Assembly: GCA_051362555.1 (NCBI GenBank)
Contig: CM120648.1
Location: 12,582,587 to 12,646,586 of the forward strand
Length of the DNA: 64,000 bases
From: Lingula anatina
Lineage: Eukaryota; Animalia; Brachiopoda
Reading direction: 5' to 3'
The position numbers and the translations under genes are program-made. The notes under the pieces are model-generated. The model was not told the origin of the DNA. It ran no database searches and saw only the letters and a list, made by a program, of their open reading frames with translations. This document shows, in pieces, positions 39,701 through 49,959 of this stretch. Each line of letters begins with the position of its first letter. Position 1 is the first letter of the stretch.

Positions 39701-42700
39701 ACTTAGGAACAATAAGGATGGCTAGTGGCAGCATTTATAAGTTCTTTTATTTAGAAACTTTCCGATCCTTTGTCTGGGACTGCGTCCGAGAAACGGCGAT
39801 AACGACAGAGACGTCCTCGAACATTTTGGACTCAGTGCAAATAAAAAAAAAATCCGTTAAGAAGTAGCCTTTAAATGTCCTGGCAAATAATTTTGCAATG
39901 GCTCAGAGAGTTCTAGAATGAATGACAAGCAACGACATTAGGGTTAATAATAGACTAAAAACTATCAGAGTGTAGGCCTGTCTTACTTCATTTCTAAGGC
40001 CATCTTGTGATACGAGTCATGCTACACTACAAAAGAGGGGGTAGCAGTGGATGATTTAATACAGGGATACCATCGATAGTATATCAATAGAAAATCACAA
40101 TCCTCAAATGTTTTTTAATTCATTAAATATAAACGGTCTTTTCTCGTACAATGGGTCTGGTATAGTTGTATTGGCCTATTAGTTGGAAACACGTGGTTCG
40201 TCTACAATTGCAAATGGCGGAGGTGCCGTGGTAGTTATTGTCATAAAATTAGCTGGATACGGTGCACGTGAGAAAATTATTCATTAAATTTAGTTTTCGA
40301 GCGTCAGCTTAATCTGGTAAAATGCGAGACGAAAAAAATGATAGATAGAGCCTTATGACCCACTGTAGAATGATGCCGAATAATACATCAACGACGTAGT
40401 TTATCGGCAGATAAACGTGTTTCCATTCTCGGCTGACTGAGGAAAGGTTTGAGAGAGCATTTAAAGAAGAGGCGGTCGAACCAATAGTGAGTAGGAAGTG
40501 TGCTGCAATCAAGACGAACAATACCGATCATAAGTGGACAGCTAATAACCCCTAATTAACCCCGGGTTACGCGCTGCTGTGTTGACTCCTTGCTGGGAAG
40601 GGGTAGCGGCCTCCTACTGCTGTGCGTAATCAAACATTGTCTTCTAACATGCGGCTACACGACAATTGCATTGTATTAATAAAGTAATACCTATTCATAA
40701 GGAAGGGGGCGGATGGTAATCTTACGAGAATTAAATCAGTTATCGATCATACGCGTACCAATAGTCGTGTTTTTTTTTAGCTATACGGTACAAGTAGTCG
40801 TATTATGACCCTGCAGTAATGAGTTCATTGAGCTCCTGTATCATATCTCTTGTATTTCAGATGTCTGTGATGTGCCCCCCACCTTCCAGTCCATGATCCA
40901 CTCCTGTACAGTGAGATATGAATGGGGCACTGATGACAGCAGGGACTATAACACCTCATGGACACCCCTGGTCAACAGAACTGACCACCCCACTGACCAG
41001 TGGACATACCAGTCTGCTTTCAAGCTGAGGTCACTTCCATTTGCTGGAAAACATGGCACTTACAATGGTAAACTATTTCTCCCTTTGACTATACATGTAG
41101 CAAGTGCATAATAATGGTTAATTCAAACTGCTACGGCTACTTGTGGCTTGGTTTTTCTAGAATAGCGTAAATGTTTATTTTAAAGTAATTAATTTGAAAA
41201 TCAATGTCCTTTATTCATGCTTATATTGCTTACTATTACTTATCCTCTTCAAGACTTGTCAGCATCCTTCACCATCTCCCTCTATCTTTTGCTGCTATCC
41301 TTGCTTTATTTGCCTTAACTTAGATATTTAATATATTTACTTGTGTTTTTATTGGGCTGTCTTTGTTGAATCCGTATTATGCTGAATTTGTTGACAAGAA
41401 AAATACCAATGAAATGAAAATATTGATTAGAATGTTAAAGCAGTTGTATTAAACCAATACACGACCATACATGTATCTTTTGAACCTGGAGGGCACATTT
41501 TTGGTTCAAGTAAGAAAAAAATAACATTCTTTGTATCCATACTTTAGCATGTTAGTTGGAGGATGTGTAAAACTCCTTGATGACACTGGAGGAAAAAAAA
41601 CTCTCTATGACTATATGTATATGATATTTTAGGTGGAGGATATTTGAAACTCCTTGGTGACACCAGAAATAAAAGCCTGTCAATTCTTGCGGACCTGCAG
41701 GAGTCCAAGTGGATAGACCAGAGAACACGTGCCGTGTTTCTGGAGTTTACCCTGTACAACCCCCAGGTTAACCTGTTCAGTGTGGCACAGTTACTATTTG
41801 AGTTCCACCCCACTGGGGCCATCTTCCCTTTCTATCAAATCTTTACATGTAAATTTTACCAATATGGGTAAGTTATTGCTGGGGCTGTCTTCTTGTTCTA
41901 TCACATCTTCAGCAATGAACTATAATACTCATAAAGAACGAGTGTTAAAGATAAAGTGGAGGCTTATGTGCTTATTTTTAGAATTTTTGGATTAACTAAT
42001 AATTTTAAGGCTTTCTAACTACCAAGTACATATGTATATAGGATAATAATAATTATAGTATAAAATGAAAAAATGAATATAGTCCTATAAAATATACATT
42101 ATAAAGCAATGCAAGTAAAGAGATACAGTTAAAATGAAATTTTATTTAGAACAAATTTATAACAACAGCCCTGAAGTCAGTAGGTATAAATTTGTTGCCA
42201 GAAAGGTGGTGATTTGATAAATCTTCATCATTAATCGCATTCATCAGCAATTTATCATTTCTGTGAGTTTGATCAGGTATCAAGCTCTTTATTATTTATT
42301 TTTAATTGTTTTCATTTCAGGAATGGGTTGGAAATCTTTGTCGCAGTTTGTGAAGTACTGTTCATCCTGTTTATACTGACATCCACATACAGAGAGTTCA
42401 GCAAATTCAGAAACACTGGTTCTAAGGAATACTTCTCAGATCCCTGGAGTTATGTGGAGGTGGCAATTGTCTGTCTAGGATACTCAGCTATTGGTCTGTT
42501 TTTTCAACGTTTAGTGATAGTGAACTTCACCATTGCCAATTTCCATGAACATGGCAGAGAGGAATTTGTGAACTTTTTTCCAGCAGCATTCTGGGACTAC
42601 ATCCTGGGCTACACCTTGGCAGCCATGCTGGTGCTGACAGTGCTTAAGTTTTTCAAGCTGCTACGGTTTAATGTCCGCATGAACATGTTGTCTGCCACTT

Positions 42701-43170
42701 TGAAGAAATCTTGGAAGCCTACACTACATTTCTATCTAGTTCTAGCTCTCCTCATGATGGCCTATTCCTTCTTTGGGCAATGTGCTTTTGGTCACTACAT
42801 TGAAAACTTCAAGTCCTTAATGGACACCTTACAGACTTTGTTCACTCTGATCATGGGAGGATTTGAGTTTGCAATTCTGGGAGACTCAAACCGTGTCATT
42901 GGTATTGTGTTTCTGATAACCTTTGCCATGATAATCCAGGTGACGCTGATCAATATGTTCGTTGCCATTATCGACGAGTCATTCAGATATGTTCTGAAGG
43001 CCACCAAGGAGACTTCCAATGAGCTGGAGATGGTGGACTTTATGTGGACGAGATTACTGGTGATTCTTGGTCTCCACACAGGGGCAGGGGTCACCATTCC
43101 TTCCAGTATTGATTTGAAGACACTGCAACAAGAGGCTCAGGGTGAAGTTGGTTCAAATACAAACAGCTGA
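381..43170 (+). CDS. Polycystin-1 family (PKD1L/PKDREJ-like) receptor-channel gene, 5'-incomplete; 27 exons, ~1,909 codons in window, one in-frame TGA at 5453-5455
   Basis: Manual splice reconstruction with AG/GT boundaries and continuous phase: 381-507, 2044-2270, 5271-5486, 5862-6007, 14869-14989, 15379-15461, 15807-15932, 16857-16948, 18089-18194, 19117-19236, 19759-19941, 22060-22210, 22560-22750, 23363-23531, 24338-24444, 24634-24864, 25297-25417, 25538-26040, 26399-27025, 27161-27219, 27913-28087, 28763-28844, 29083-29387, 30425-30593, 40861-41067, 41633-41867, 42321-43170. Family motifs: VPGEEP, NPFTWD, GPS (CLFWD..WSSEGC..CICHHMT), PLAT (WHDNSG..WFL), FTRTQRLTC, LPWWC, RLRQLRV, WIDQRTRAVFLEFTLYNP. 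The exact paralog cannot be assigned without phylogeny. Confidence 0.93.
786..2089 (+). repeat. 74-bp tandem array, 17 copies + real exon start; unit = 46 nt exon start + 28 nt intron end with AG
   Basis: Unit gtgtactggtcagtgtaagctgtctgaccctggagccagggtgtcc-atacttaattgtccagttgtttctctag; period 74 from 860 to 2044. Confidence 0.97.
2044..2270 (+). CDS. Polycystin exon: REJ-like region (CTGQCKLSDPGAKVSLEAICYHC...LVTAN)
   Basis: ctag| acceptor, g|gtaagt donor; last unit of the 74-bp array runs into unique coding sequence. Confidence 0.85.
2540..4302 (+). repeat. ~56-62-bp tandem array (~30 copies) of acceptor + start of exon 5271
   Basis: Unit ...tgtgtctgtag|gtacaagtcagtctgctggtacagtgctgtctacatc..., in variant sub-blocks. 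Confidence 0.96.
4303..5247 (+). mobile_element. Internally deleted hAT-like DNA transposon (13-bp TIR, 6-bp TSD CATCTT) with a transposase N-terminal zinc-finger remnant
   Basis: cagggatgctagt...actagcatccctg; catctt on both sides; ORF 4615-4944 has CxxC..H..H (WCVWC..KNHAKTTKH). Confidence 0.85.
5271..5486 (+). CDS. Polycystin exon: REJ region (GICTVSPSTG..TNFSVNCSGFSD) with in-frame TGA at 5453-5455
   Basis: Typical REJ motif; the frame continues past TGA to ag|gtaac donor in phase with the next exon; 216 nt, phase 1-1. Confidence 0.8.
5862..6007 (+). CDS. Polycystin exon (end of REJ)
   Basis: ctcag| acceptor, cag|gtatgt donor, phase-consistent. Confidence 0.8.
7406..10780 (+). mobile_element. 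Tc1/mariner derivative nested in HINE-A; TA TSD
   Basis: TA|cagctagg...cctagctg|TA splits one 146-bp unit; carries a transposase remnant. Confidence 0.85.
9789..10073 (+). pseudogene. Tc1-type DDE transposase C-terminal fragment
   Basis: Translates HTSRKTKGFL..TPPESPDLNPIENIWSTMK..EGRASGY*; not in the ORF track. Confidence 0.9.
11373..13358 (-). mobile_element. 5'-truncated, frameshifted L1/Tx1-clade LINE (ORF2 RT C-terminal half + 3' UTR + A-rich tail)
   Basis: Minus-strand QYADDTT at ~13335-13355; FNFIWNGK, GGIKVPD, LRWFQFR..RILATN fragments; T-rich end at 11373-11395. Confidence 0.9.
14869..14989 (+). CDS. Polycystin exon
   Basis: aag| acceptor, ag|gttc donor, open frame VHPLG..EGDYT. 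Confidence 0.75.
15130..15410 (+). repeat. Two degenerate upstream copies of acceptor + start of exon 15379
   Basis: cttttag|ctgttctacagctg..tgtcagt at ~15150, ~15280 and 15379. Confidence 0.8.
15379..15461 (+). CDS. Polycystin exon (AVLQLVDAVSSLLN...)
   Basis: ttttag| acceptor, cag|gtaaat donor. Confidence 0.8.
15807..15932 (+). CDS. Polycystin exon (GAIN helical region, IRSDMMEAV...)
   Basis: cacag| acceptor, cag|gtactg donor. Confidence 0.85.
16077..16610. mobile_element. MITE-like remnant(s) built from TTTGC(A/T)GCAAA palindromic motifs
   Basis: cccttagcaaaa...ttttgctaagag (16077-16344) plus a second partial copy. Confidence 0.5.
16857..16948 (+). CDS. Polycystin exon
   Basis: ttcag| acceptor, ac|gtaagc donor. 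Confidence 0.8.
17020..17728 (+). mobile_element. PIF/Harbinger-like MITE, copy 1 (TSD CTG)
   Basis: TIR gcccccatttcacaaa / tttgtgaaatggagcc; ctg on both flanks; homologous to 29423 and 43858. Confidence 0.85.
18089..18194 (+). CDS. Polycystin exon
   Basis: tttag| acceptor, aag|gtgaga donor. Confidence 0.8.
18228..18478. mobile_element. Palindromic MITE; relatives at ~23839-23960 and ~51495-51712
   Basis: Shared agggaccattccca / gatcgatctat..gagtctcact motifs, internal inverted repeat. Confidence 0.5.
18715..18885 (+). repeat. 21-bp minisatellite (aaacaaccagcaacatcaacY), ~8 copies
   Basis: Direct inspection. Confidence 0.9.
19117..19236 (+). CDS. Polycystin exon (KKVPGEEPIVIAT)
   Basis: Family motif; gcag| acceptor, aag|gtggg donor. 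Confidence 0.88.
19759..19941 (+). CDS. Polycystin exon
   Basis: tttag| acceptor, cag|gtact donor, phase 0-0. Confidence 0.75.
19979..21420 (+). mobile_element. HINE-A copy 2, complete
   Basis: 5' tattgtaccacca and 3' subterminal inverted repeat tggtggtacaata; 3' hairpin gaggtg..cgcctc; CTAG end; T-rich flanks, no TSD. Confidence 0.88.
22060..22210 (+). CDS. Polycystin exon (ENPFTWDVSA...)
   Basis: Family motif; canonical splice sites. Confidence 0.9.
22560..22750 (+). CDS. Polycystin exon (GAIN)
   Basis: Canonical splice sites; overlaps ORF 22568. Confidence 0.85.
23363..23531 (+). CDS. Polycystin exon (GAIN, YYIGI)
   Basis: ctag| acceptor, a|gtgagt donor. Confidence 0.85.
24064..24230. 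mobile_element. Short hAT-like MITE (related copy ~18512-18697)
   Basis: caggcccgtagccag...ctggctactggcctg inverted ends. Confidence 0.6.
24338..24444 (+). CDS. Polycystin exon: GPS first half (CLFWDEQKEIWSSEGCK)
   Basis: GPS consensus. Confidence 0.93.
24634..24864 (+). CDS. Polycystin exon: GPS second half (CICHHM/TVF) + TM1
   Basis: GPS cleavage motif followed by TM1 and WARKKD. Confidence 0.93.
25297..25417 (+). CDS. Polycystin exon: PLAT start (YLVTVITGWRTGAGTTANV)
   Basis: PLAT consensus. Confidence 0.93.
25538..26040 (+). CDS. Polycystin exon: PLAT + TM2
   Basis: WHDNSG, CNRWLA, HLWVSVF, FTRTQRLTC. Confidence 0.95.
26399..27025 (+). CDS. Polycystin exon: TM3 + long cytoplasmic loop
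   Basis: IIGIESGLLMFPVNLVIVQLFR; atg|gtagg donor. Confidence 0.85.
27161..27219 (+). CDS. Polycystin small exon
   Basis: Strong pyrimidine tract + ag; supplies phase 2 needed by the next exon. Confidence 0.75.
27529..27960 (+). repeat. 71-bp tandem array: 5 decoy copies of acceptor + start of exon 27913
   Basis: tgtagctttactttgtctttag|acttccatggtggtgtatctacatagtctgggtggtggctgtgataaca. Confidence 0.95.
27913..28087 (+). CDS. Polycystin exon: TM4-5 (LPWWCIYIAW...QPIK)
   Basis: Family motif; aag|gtgagt donor. Confidence 0.92.
28763..28844 (+). CDS. Polycystin exon
   Basis: ttcag| acceptor, a|gtaag donor. Confidence 0.85.
29083..29387 (+). CDS. Polycystin exon: channel S1
   Basis: KERKMYQILVELALY..YGHRD. 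Confidence 0.9.
29423..30155 (-). mobile_element. Harbinger-like MITE, copy 2 (inverted; TSD CTG)
   Basis: Reverse-complement homology to 17020-17728; ctg flanks. Confidence 0.88.
30425..30593 (+). CDS. Polycystin exon: TOP domain (WYNG..RLRQLRV)
   Basis: Family motif. Confidence 0.93.
31076..37100 (+). mobile_element. HINE-A copy 3 with hugely expanded central repeat, 3' end missing
   Basis: Same 5' ~950 bp as copy 2, then 146-bp and ~445-bp units. Confidence 0.9.
32030..37095 (+). repeat. 146-bp satellite with ~445-bp composite units and a ~2.5-kb higher-order duplication
   Basis: Period 146 (32041, 32187, 32333...); composite units at 33070/33515/33964 recur at 35576/36021/36468. Confidence 0.93.
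40861..41067 (+). CDS. Polycystin exon: TOP domain
   Basis: WTYQSA..GKHGTY; canonical splice sites. Confidence 0.92.
41633..41867 (+). CDS. Polycystin exon: polycystin signature (WIDQRTRAVFLEFTLYNP)
   Basis: Family motif. Confidence 0.95.
42321..43170 (+). CDS. Polycystin terminal exon: channel S2-S6 and C-tail
   Basis: ORF 42328-43170, multi-TM, NMFVAII; stop TGA; AATAAA at ~43230 and ~43382. Confidence 0.95.
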
Positions 43171-44284
43171 CCTTTTTAAGGATTGATTTTTTATTTTATT
43201 TTTTCCTCTGAACAAATTGATGCTGCAGGAATAAAATAAACAAAACTGATTTTTAACTTATTCCACAAACAACTATTTTTTTTTTTTTTAATTTTGGCCA
43301 CCACAAGAAGCTAACTTTTGGGATTTTCTGAACAAATTGATGTTCTAGAAATATGTTTGATAATTTTTGTTGGAATAATTCAATAAATGAGAATATTTGA
43401 TATGCATATTGAGTATATGATCAGAGTTCTGTGTATAGTTGACTTATTATTGTCACTTGTTGAAAGCAGGACATTGTATACCTTAAGTGGACCAGACTGT
43501 TTGTGGTCTCCACATGGATGTATATTTGTTTACTAGAATAATTATAGTAAATGATTTAGTATATTTAGTTAATTATAGTAAATGATTTAGTAAGTATTAT
43601 TTATTTTCAACATCCACTCAAGTCACAGTTTGCATGATCAAAAAAAAAAAAAAAAAAAAAAAGGAAGAAAATTAAAATAATGCCATTTAACTTAGAGACT
43701 TATTAGGTTAAATAATCTCAGTTCAGATCTGTTAAGACAGAACTACTTCAGAAAGATATTGGTCTGACTTGGGTAATCATATAACCTTGGAGATCCAGGT
43801 GTTACATGTTACCAGTTAAACCAGTTTCTGGTGTGAAAATGTTAAGAAGTACACCAGGCCCCCGTTTCACAAAGAATCTTAAATTTCTAGTCGACTAGCT
43901 CGAGCTAGGTGACCTAGCTAGGTCGACTATGCTGCAGTTGACTAGGAGTGTTTCACAAAGAATCTAACGTCTTAGCTTGGCGTGCTTACGGTAGTCGACG
44001 CGCACGAGAAACTCTTCAAGAAAAGGAAGTGTAAAATTTGAAAAGTTTCACAAGACATGACGTTTCATGGCCTCTTTCGGCCGAGAATGAACGTTTATCA
44101 ACAATAAAAATCAGCCAAAACACAAACAAAGTTGTTTTTGAACTTTATTGATTAGTTTAACTTCGATACAACTTCAAAGTAACAGTTAAACATTAGCTTG
44201 TCATGGAACACTGTTGACGGACGTCTAGCCGTCAAAAACATAAACAAACACGCGATCGGCTGGGTGAAGGGGCATTTTATTTTT

Positions 44285-46715
44285 TATGTACAGACACAGA
44301 TGTGTCTGTACATATAGCCGTCATCTGCGTCTGTCGTCGCCATCGCCGTTGGCGTGCACTTTAACCGTAAACACGATAAGTGGAAAACAGTTTTGGTTTG
44401 AAACTTACAGAACTGATGAATTTTTATAATACGCAGGTCAAGTTCGAAAATCGGCATGATTGGGTCATTTTTAGGGAAGTTATGTTTTTTTTTTACTTTT
44501 TTCAGCATATATGCAACACCGTAAACACGATAAGTGGAAAACTGTTTTACCTTTTGGCTTGAAAGTTACAGAAATGATCAACATTCATAATACACAGGTC
44601 AAGTTCGAAAATCAGCATGATTGGGTCATTTTTAGGGAAGTTATGCTTTTTTTTTTTCACTTTTTTTCAGCATATATGCAACACCGTAAACACGATAAGT
44701 GCAAAACGGGTCATTTTTAGGGAAGTTATGCTTTTTTTTCATTTTTTTCAGCATATATGCACACTGATAACACAATATAAGAAAAACGGATAGGCCAATT
44801 GTCATTGTACTCGCAGGAGTGGTCAATCTTACTAAAACATAGGTTGAGTATGAAAATCATCATAATCAGGCCATTATTTTAGAAGTTATGCTTTTTTTTT
44901 TTCACATTTCCTCAGATTCAATTCTTAGGCATGTTAATAGTCTCATTATTGAACTAATAAGATATGTAAAAGTGTTTGTTTGACATTTCCTGCATCTTTA
45001 CAACATTGTCAGTTGATTATGTAAAAATGATGGTAAATTTGTTATCATGTATTGTGTAATGAAGTGTCAAAAATGAGATAAACACATATCATTGCAGTTT
45101 GTCAGATTCAATCATCCACTATGTTCAGAATCTCAGAATGGAGGAAATTGGACATCTAACACTGTTCTATTGATACTTTTCTCATCTCATCAATTTTCTT
45201 AGTTGGTCATAAAAAAATGGCAGTAAAATGTTTATTTTGTTTTATGTTAAAAAAGTGTTAAAAACGGAAATAAACCCATTTCAGAACAGTGCTGTCTTGT
45301 TTACATTTTGGCATTTTCAAGATGTGACTTGGAAGTTCCATGGGCATTAAGACCTTTGCTAGTCACATTTTCTGAATATCTGTGATACTAATATTTTATA
45401 ATTAAAAATTAATGGTCATTATGCTGTTAAACATTATGTAATATTGCATCAAAATTTGAAGAAACCCCTATTTTGGGCACTGCTCCCATGATGACCATTT
45501 AAGGAAAATCATGTCACTTACTGTTCTCAAACTTACAGGAAAAAGCATATGGGACTAAAATACAGCTTCAGTAGGCAATGCAGTCTGTTTGGTAACTTTT
45601 TCTGGCAGTTAAACAGTTTTTTGTGAAAATTAAATTTTTCACGTTGGCATTTTTAAGGTGCGACTTAGAACCTCCACGGGCTTGAAGACCCATGCTAGTC
45701 ACATTTTCTGAAAATCCATGACACATATATTTTATTATTAAAAATTGATGTATTATGCTGTTAAGCATTATGTAATGTTGCATCAAAATAGAAGAAAACA
45801 CAATTTTTGGTGCTTCTGCCATGATGACCATTATGGGAAAACCGTGTTACTTATGATTGTCAAACTTTCAAAAAAGAAACACAGGACTAAAATACAGCCC
45901 GAGTTGGAAAAGCAGTCTAATTGGCTTCTTTTTCTGGAAGTTATACATTTTAGTGAAATATTCATTATCTTTTTGGCATATTCATTGTGGGACTTGGAGC
46001 TCCCATGGACATGAAGCCGGATGGTAATCAAATTTTCTACATGTTCATGCTATTTATAGTCAATAATCAAATTGGTGATAATTATTCTATAATTTAATAT
46101 GTAATGTTACATCAAAATCTTTTTGCACTGCTACTGCAAACATTATGAAAAGAAAACTGTGTTATTTATTATTATATTTAACTTATGAGTATGATTTTTA
46201 GGATTGGCATGCAGTTCAAATTAGAAAGCCAGGTCAATTGGGTTATCATTTATTATTGAATTTTATGCAGTTTTGTGTGAAATTTCATTTTTTTCATTCT
46301 GGCACTTTCTAAGTATAAACTTGAACTCTGATGGGCCTGAAGCCTTATGCTTTTACTTTCGTTGGTGTTACCTGTTGTGCAAAATTAAAATTTGATGTTG
46401 ACTGTAATGTATTATTGCATCAGAATTGGTAGTCTCCTATTTTGTGCATTATTGTTTTGTGCTTTTCTTAAGTTGTGACTTATGGGCCTGAAAGACCTTT
46501 GAGAGGGTCAGTCTGTAAATTTCCCTTGGGTATCACTTAGCTAATTTCAATGTTATAAAGTAATTAGCCTAATTAATCGGCCATTAAATGAGATTACATA
46601 AAGCACACTTGTTGATATTTCCCTGTAAACTCCCATAGGTTAAGCTCTCTGCTAGATTAATAATAAGGAAGCAGTGATAATTATGCAGGTGAATTTTGTT
46701 TAATATTGCAAATAA

Positions 46716-46756
<41 letters not shown>

Positions 46757-47555
46757 AACTCAAAGATTAAAAGTTTGAATAGCAGCTTCATTGAATTATT
46801 TTTACCTCTGCCAAGGAGGTTATATTTTCATCCCTGTTTGTCTTCAACATAACTCAAAAAGTTATGGACCGATTTTGCTGAAATTTTCAGGAACTGTCAG
46901 AAGTGGGCCAAAGAGGACAATAATCAATAATAATCAACAATTGCTACCTTGGCAGAGGTCCGCACTCTCGGAGCGCTTTTCTAGTTTTGTTATGTTTTCC
47001 TTTATAATTTTTTCTCAAACACTTGCATTTGTGACTTTTAACTCTCATCCGCCTGAGGCTCTGACATTTCTGTATTTCCACATAAGCAGTTGTATAGCTT
47101 TTTATGTCTTTAAACATTATGTTACTTATGTAATATTATTTTATGCACTGTCATCATTTTTCAAATATTGAGACTTTCATCATGTGAATTTAAACTCATG
47201 GTCCTGAAACTGTAATCTTATTGAAAGGGTAGATTGAGACCATCTTCTGGGTCTTCCGGAAGACAGTCAGGTTATTAAGTTTATATTGCCTGGTATCTAT
47301 TTTTTCTTCTCTTGGAAGACCATCAAAATGGAGGATGGATCAAAATAGATACTTTGGAATACTGTCAGAAAATATCTCTGGGTCCGCTCATGTTATTGAC
47401 CATTTTACCTGTTGTGCATGATTAAAATTCAGTGTTGACTGACAGTGCTATTATAAGCATTATTTATTATTGCATCAAAATTGACAAAATGACCTATTTT
47501 GCATCTTTATTTTCTGTTTTTTGTCTGTACATTTGACAGCTTTGCTGCCTTGTTA
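44285..47555 (+). mobile_element. Helentron-type non-autonomous family B
   Basis: 5' atgtacagaca + inverted copy; gtcgtcgcc microsatellite-like segment; central repeats; 3' tgtctgtacat + hairpin cagctttgctg. Confidence 0.78.
46798..46986 (+). mobile_element. Small Helentron-type family C element nested in HINE-B
   Basis: acctctgccaagg...ccttggcagaggt subTIRs, hairpin gcactct..gagcgc, ctagtt end. Confidence 0.8.
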
Positions 47556-49394
47556 TTTCAATATTCCATAAATGTCAGTGCTATTCAAGGATATTATGAC
47601 ACAGTATCTTAAAGGAGGTATGTTCTTTCCAAATTTTTGTTGTTTATACTCTCATTTACTGAATTTTAGTTGAGCCTGCCGACTTAAGTCTCCTCCCGAG
47701 GAGGCTAGACATCGACTAGCAGCTAATAAAAAAACGACGTAAGCGACCTTTTAGATTCTTTGTGAAACGGGACTTAGTGACGTAACGACTTAATTACGTT
47801 GGTAACCAAGTTCTTAGTCAGGGAAACCGACTTAAGTTTTTTTGTGAAAAGGGGGCCAGATCAAGAGAGAAAAATTGGCACAATAGTTGCCCATTTTAAG
47901 GCACTTTATATTGTTGTTGTTATTATTTTATTTTGTTGTTGTTGTGACCCCTCAGTTTTAAATTTTAATGTATTTGTGGGTATTCTTAATATTGTATTTT
48001 ATTCTAATAATTTGAGATTCACTTTAGTCTTTTTAAATTTAGTGTCATGATTAATGTTATCTTTCCTGTTAATTAAATTTAATTGCAGGTTTTGTAATAC
48101 TGGACTAATTATAAGGTTTAGAAACTTTTTTCTGATTTTTATGGAATTTTTACATGTTAGAGAAACGTTTGGTATGAATATATTAAGAAATAAACTGCAG
48201 TTATGTTTTTTTTTGGTTATATTGAATGTTTCACATGGTTATACTCCTGCACAAACAATTGACATGAAAATTATTATATCAAAGATAATTATTGGCTGTA
48301 CATTTTTATTGATAAAAACCCCGCAAAACAAATGCTCTGCTAAATCAGTCCTGCAAAGTGTTCGTTACTTTCCCAGGGATTAGGTTGGGTCACGTTTTTG
48401 CGCTAATATTAAATAGCGCATACATTTACCAAAAAGTGCAACAGGTTATTGCATACGCGCTAAAAATAGCGCATCCTGATACAGAATGTACGGTAGTTGA
48501 TGTTTTGTAAATAAGTTTACTGTGAAAGATGGCCTGTCAAAGAGATGTTAGCAGTGTAACGTACGTGAAACTTTAAGGAACATATTAAACCACTACAGCT
48601 TTAGTATAATTCATAACAGGCAGGGTCTGCGCATTTACACGAGTCATGCCCTGCAATGTGAGGGTTACGCTGTCGAGATCGCCCGGAAAACTGTTGAGGA
48701 AAATGTTTAGTATTGCTCGACAAATCCATAATGAAATAAGTCAATTAAGTTGTCTAGCGAGATATATGATTTAATCATTATTAGATGATTCAACGAGTCC
48801 TTTACCGAATTACATAACAGTCAATGATAAAGTGGTGTTGGCGTCCCACTGCGGCTTCAACTTCTTGTTTTAACAAGACTCGCGCTACATGCTGGCTTGA
48901 GAAAAACATCACTGTTTCACCTTGACGCCGCCGCGTTTATTTCTTATGGTGCACTGTCTTCTTCCCACGAACACCATTTATATAATTATTTAAAAAAAGG
49001 GCGTCGCAAGGTATTAGACGATTTTTCTGATCACATAACTCGTAAGCAATGCGTGGTCTAGGAATTATATCCGTTGACTCTACATTGTGTAACAATTATT
49101 TCTTGTTTTAAGAATCATTTCTTTCGATTTCTCGCAAAACGGTTGAAACTTTTCCTTTCAAAAGCAACTCCACTCAACAAGACTGTCGCTATTTAGGCAC
49201 CCGTATCAACACTATTTTTAGTTTAAGTCGTTTTAAAATTTACTTCAAACTTCGCGTTTCGTAAGCTAACATTTTTGCATACATGTTACATTGTACCTGA
49301 GTATACATCCCATAATGATACACAACAAGCATGACAAAGCATAAAAGCTGTGTACCCTGATGAGTTGAAACCGTAGATACCGTTGGTAAAAAAA

Positions 49395-49625
49395 AAATAG
49401 TCACAAGCGCATTGCATCGTGTTGAGAACATCTAGAGGACAACTGACACAATCGTTACAATATGCGTCCTTCACTTTATAGTATATAGTCCAGATGTACT
49501 CCCATCTCGCCGAAATAAAGCCTAGATGACGTTTTACAAAGTCTCAAATTGCTGCTATGTAGGCCTAATGTTTTTCAGTCTCGTAATCTCATTTTCAGTG
49601 TAGCGTTTCGACTTCACATTACAGA
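49395..49625 (+). repeat. Dispersed repeat, second copy at ~63770-64000
   Basis: aaatagtca..cattgcatcgtg..tccagatgtactcccatctcg..gacgttttacaaag shared. Confidence 0.8.
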
Positions 49626-49812
49626 TATCCCACTTGAGAAATTATTTAATGGCATTTTACAGGGGAAGTAATAGAAAATTAACCATCTTACATTTCTCCT
49701 CGTGAGGAATTTATAGACTCACTCAGGCAGAGAAAGTTTGATTATAATTCCGGCGTCTTCAACGTCACGGCGCATTCACCCTTGGGCACGGCGCCCGACA
49801 AAGGGCAGTCTT

Positions 49813-49959
49813 TATGGGCGTCCGCAGAAAATTTTCCAGGGGGTCAAAGTCATACGGGGAGATAATGATTGGCTGGGTACCCGCAATAAAAATGCAGTTC
49901 CAAAATTCAGGGGGGGAGGGTCAAGTGCTCCCATTGACCCCCCCTGGGGAACGCCCAGG
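49813..49959. mobile_element. hAT-like MITE with 8-bp TSD GCAGTCTT
   Basis: gcagtctt|tatgggcgt...acgcccagg|gcagtctt. Confidence 0.8.

Larger units (their letters stand above)
30785..40788. mobile_element. Probable ~10-kb TA-flanked DNA transposon derivative hosting HINE-A copy 3
   Basis: TA|cactatagctaa...ttagctatacgg|TA; internal inverted match cacagcagtagg (~30907) / cctactgctgtg (~40613). Confidence 0.55.
43858..47856 (+). mobile_element. Harbinger-like MITE, copy 3 (TSD CAG), split by HINE-B
   Basis: cag|gcccccgtttcac...gtgaaaagggggc|cag; homology to the other copies resumes at ~47555. Confidence 0.88.

Noticed and set aside
25581-43097. Antisense ORFs at 25581-25997, 41544-41822 and 42795-43097
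   Set aside because: Shadows of real + strand exons.
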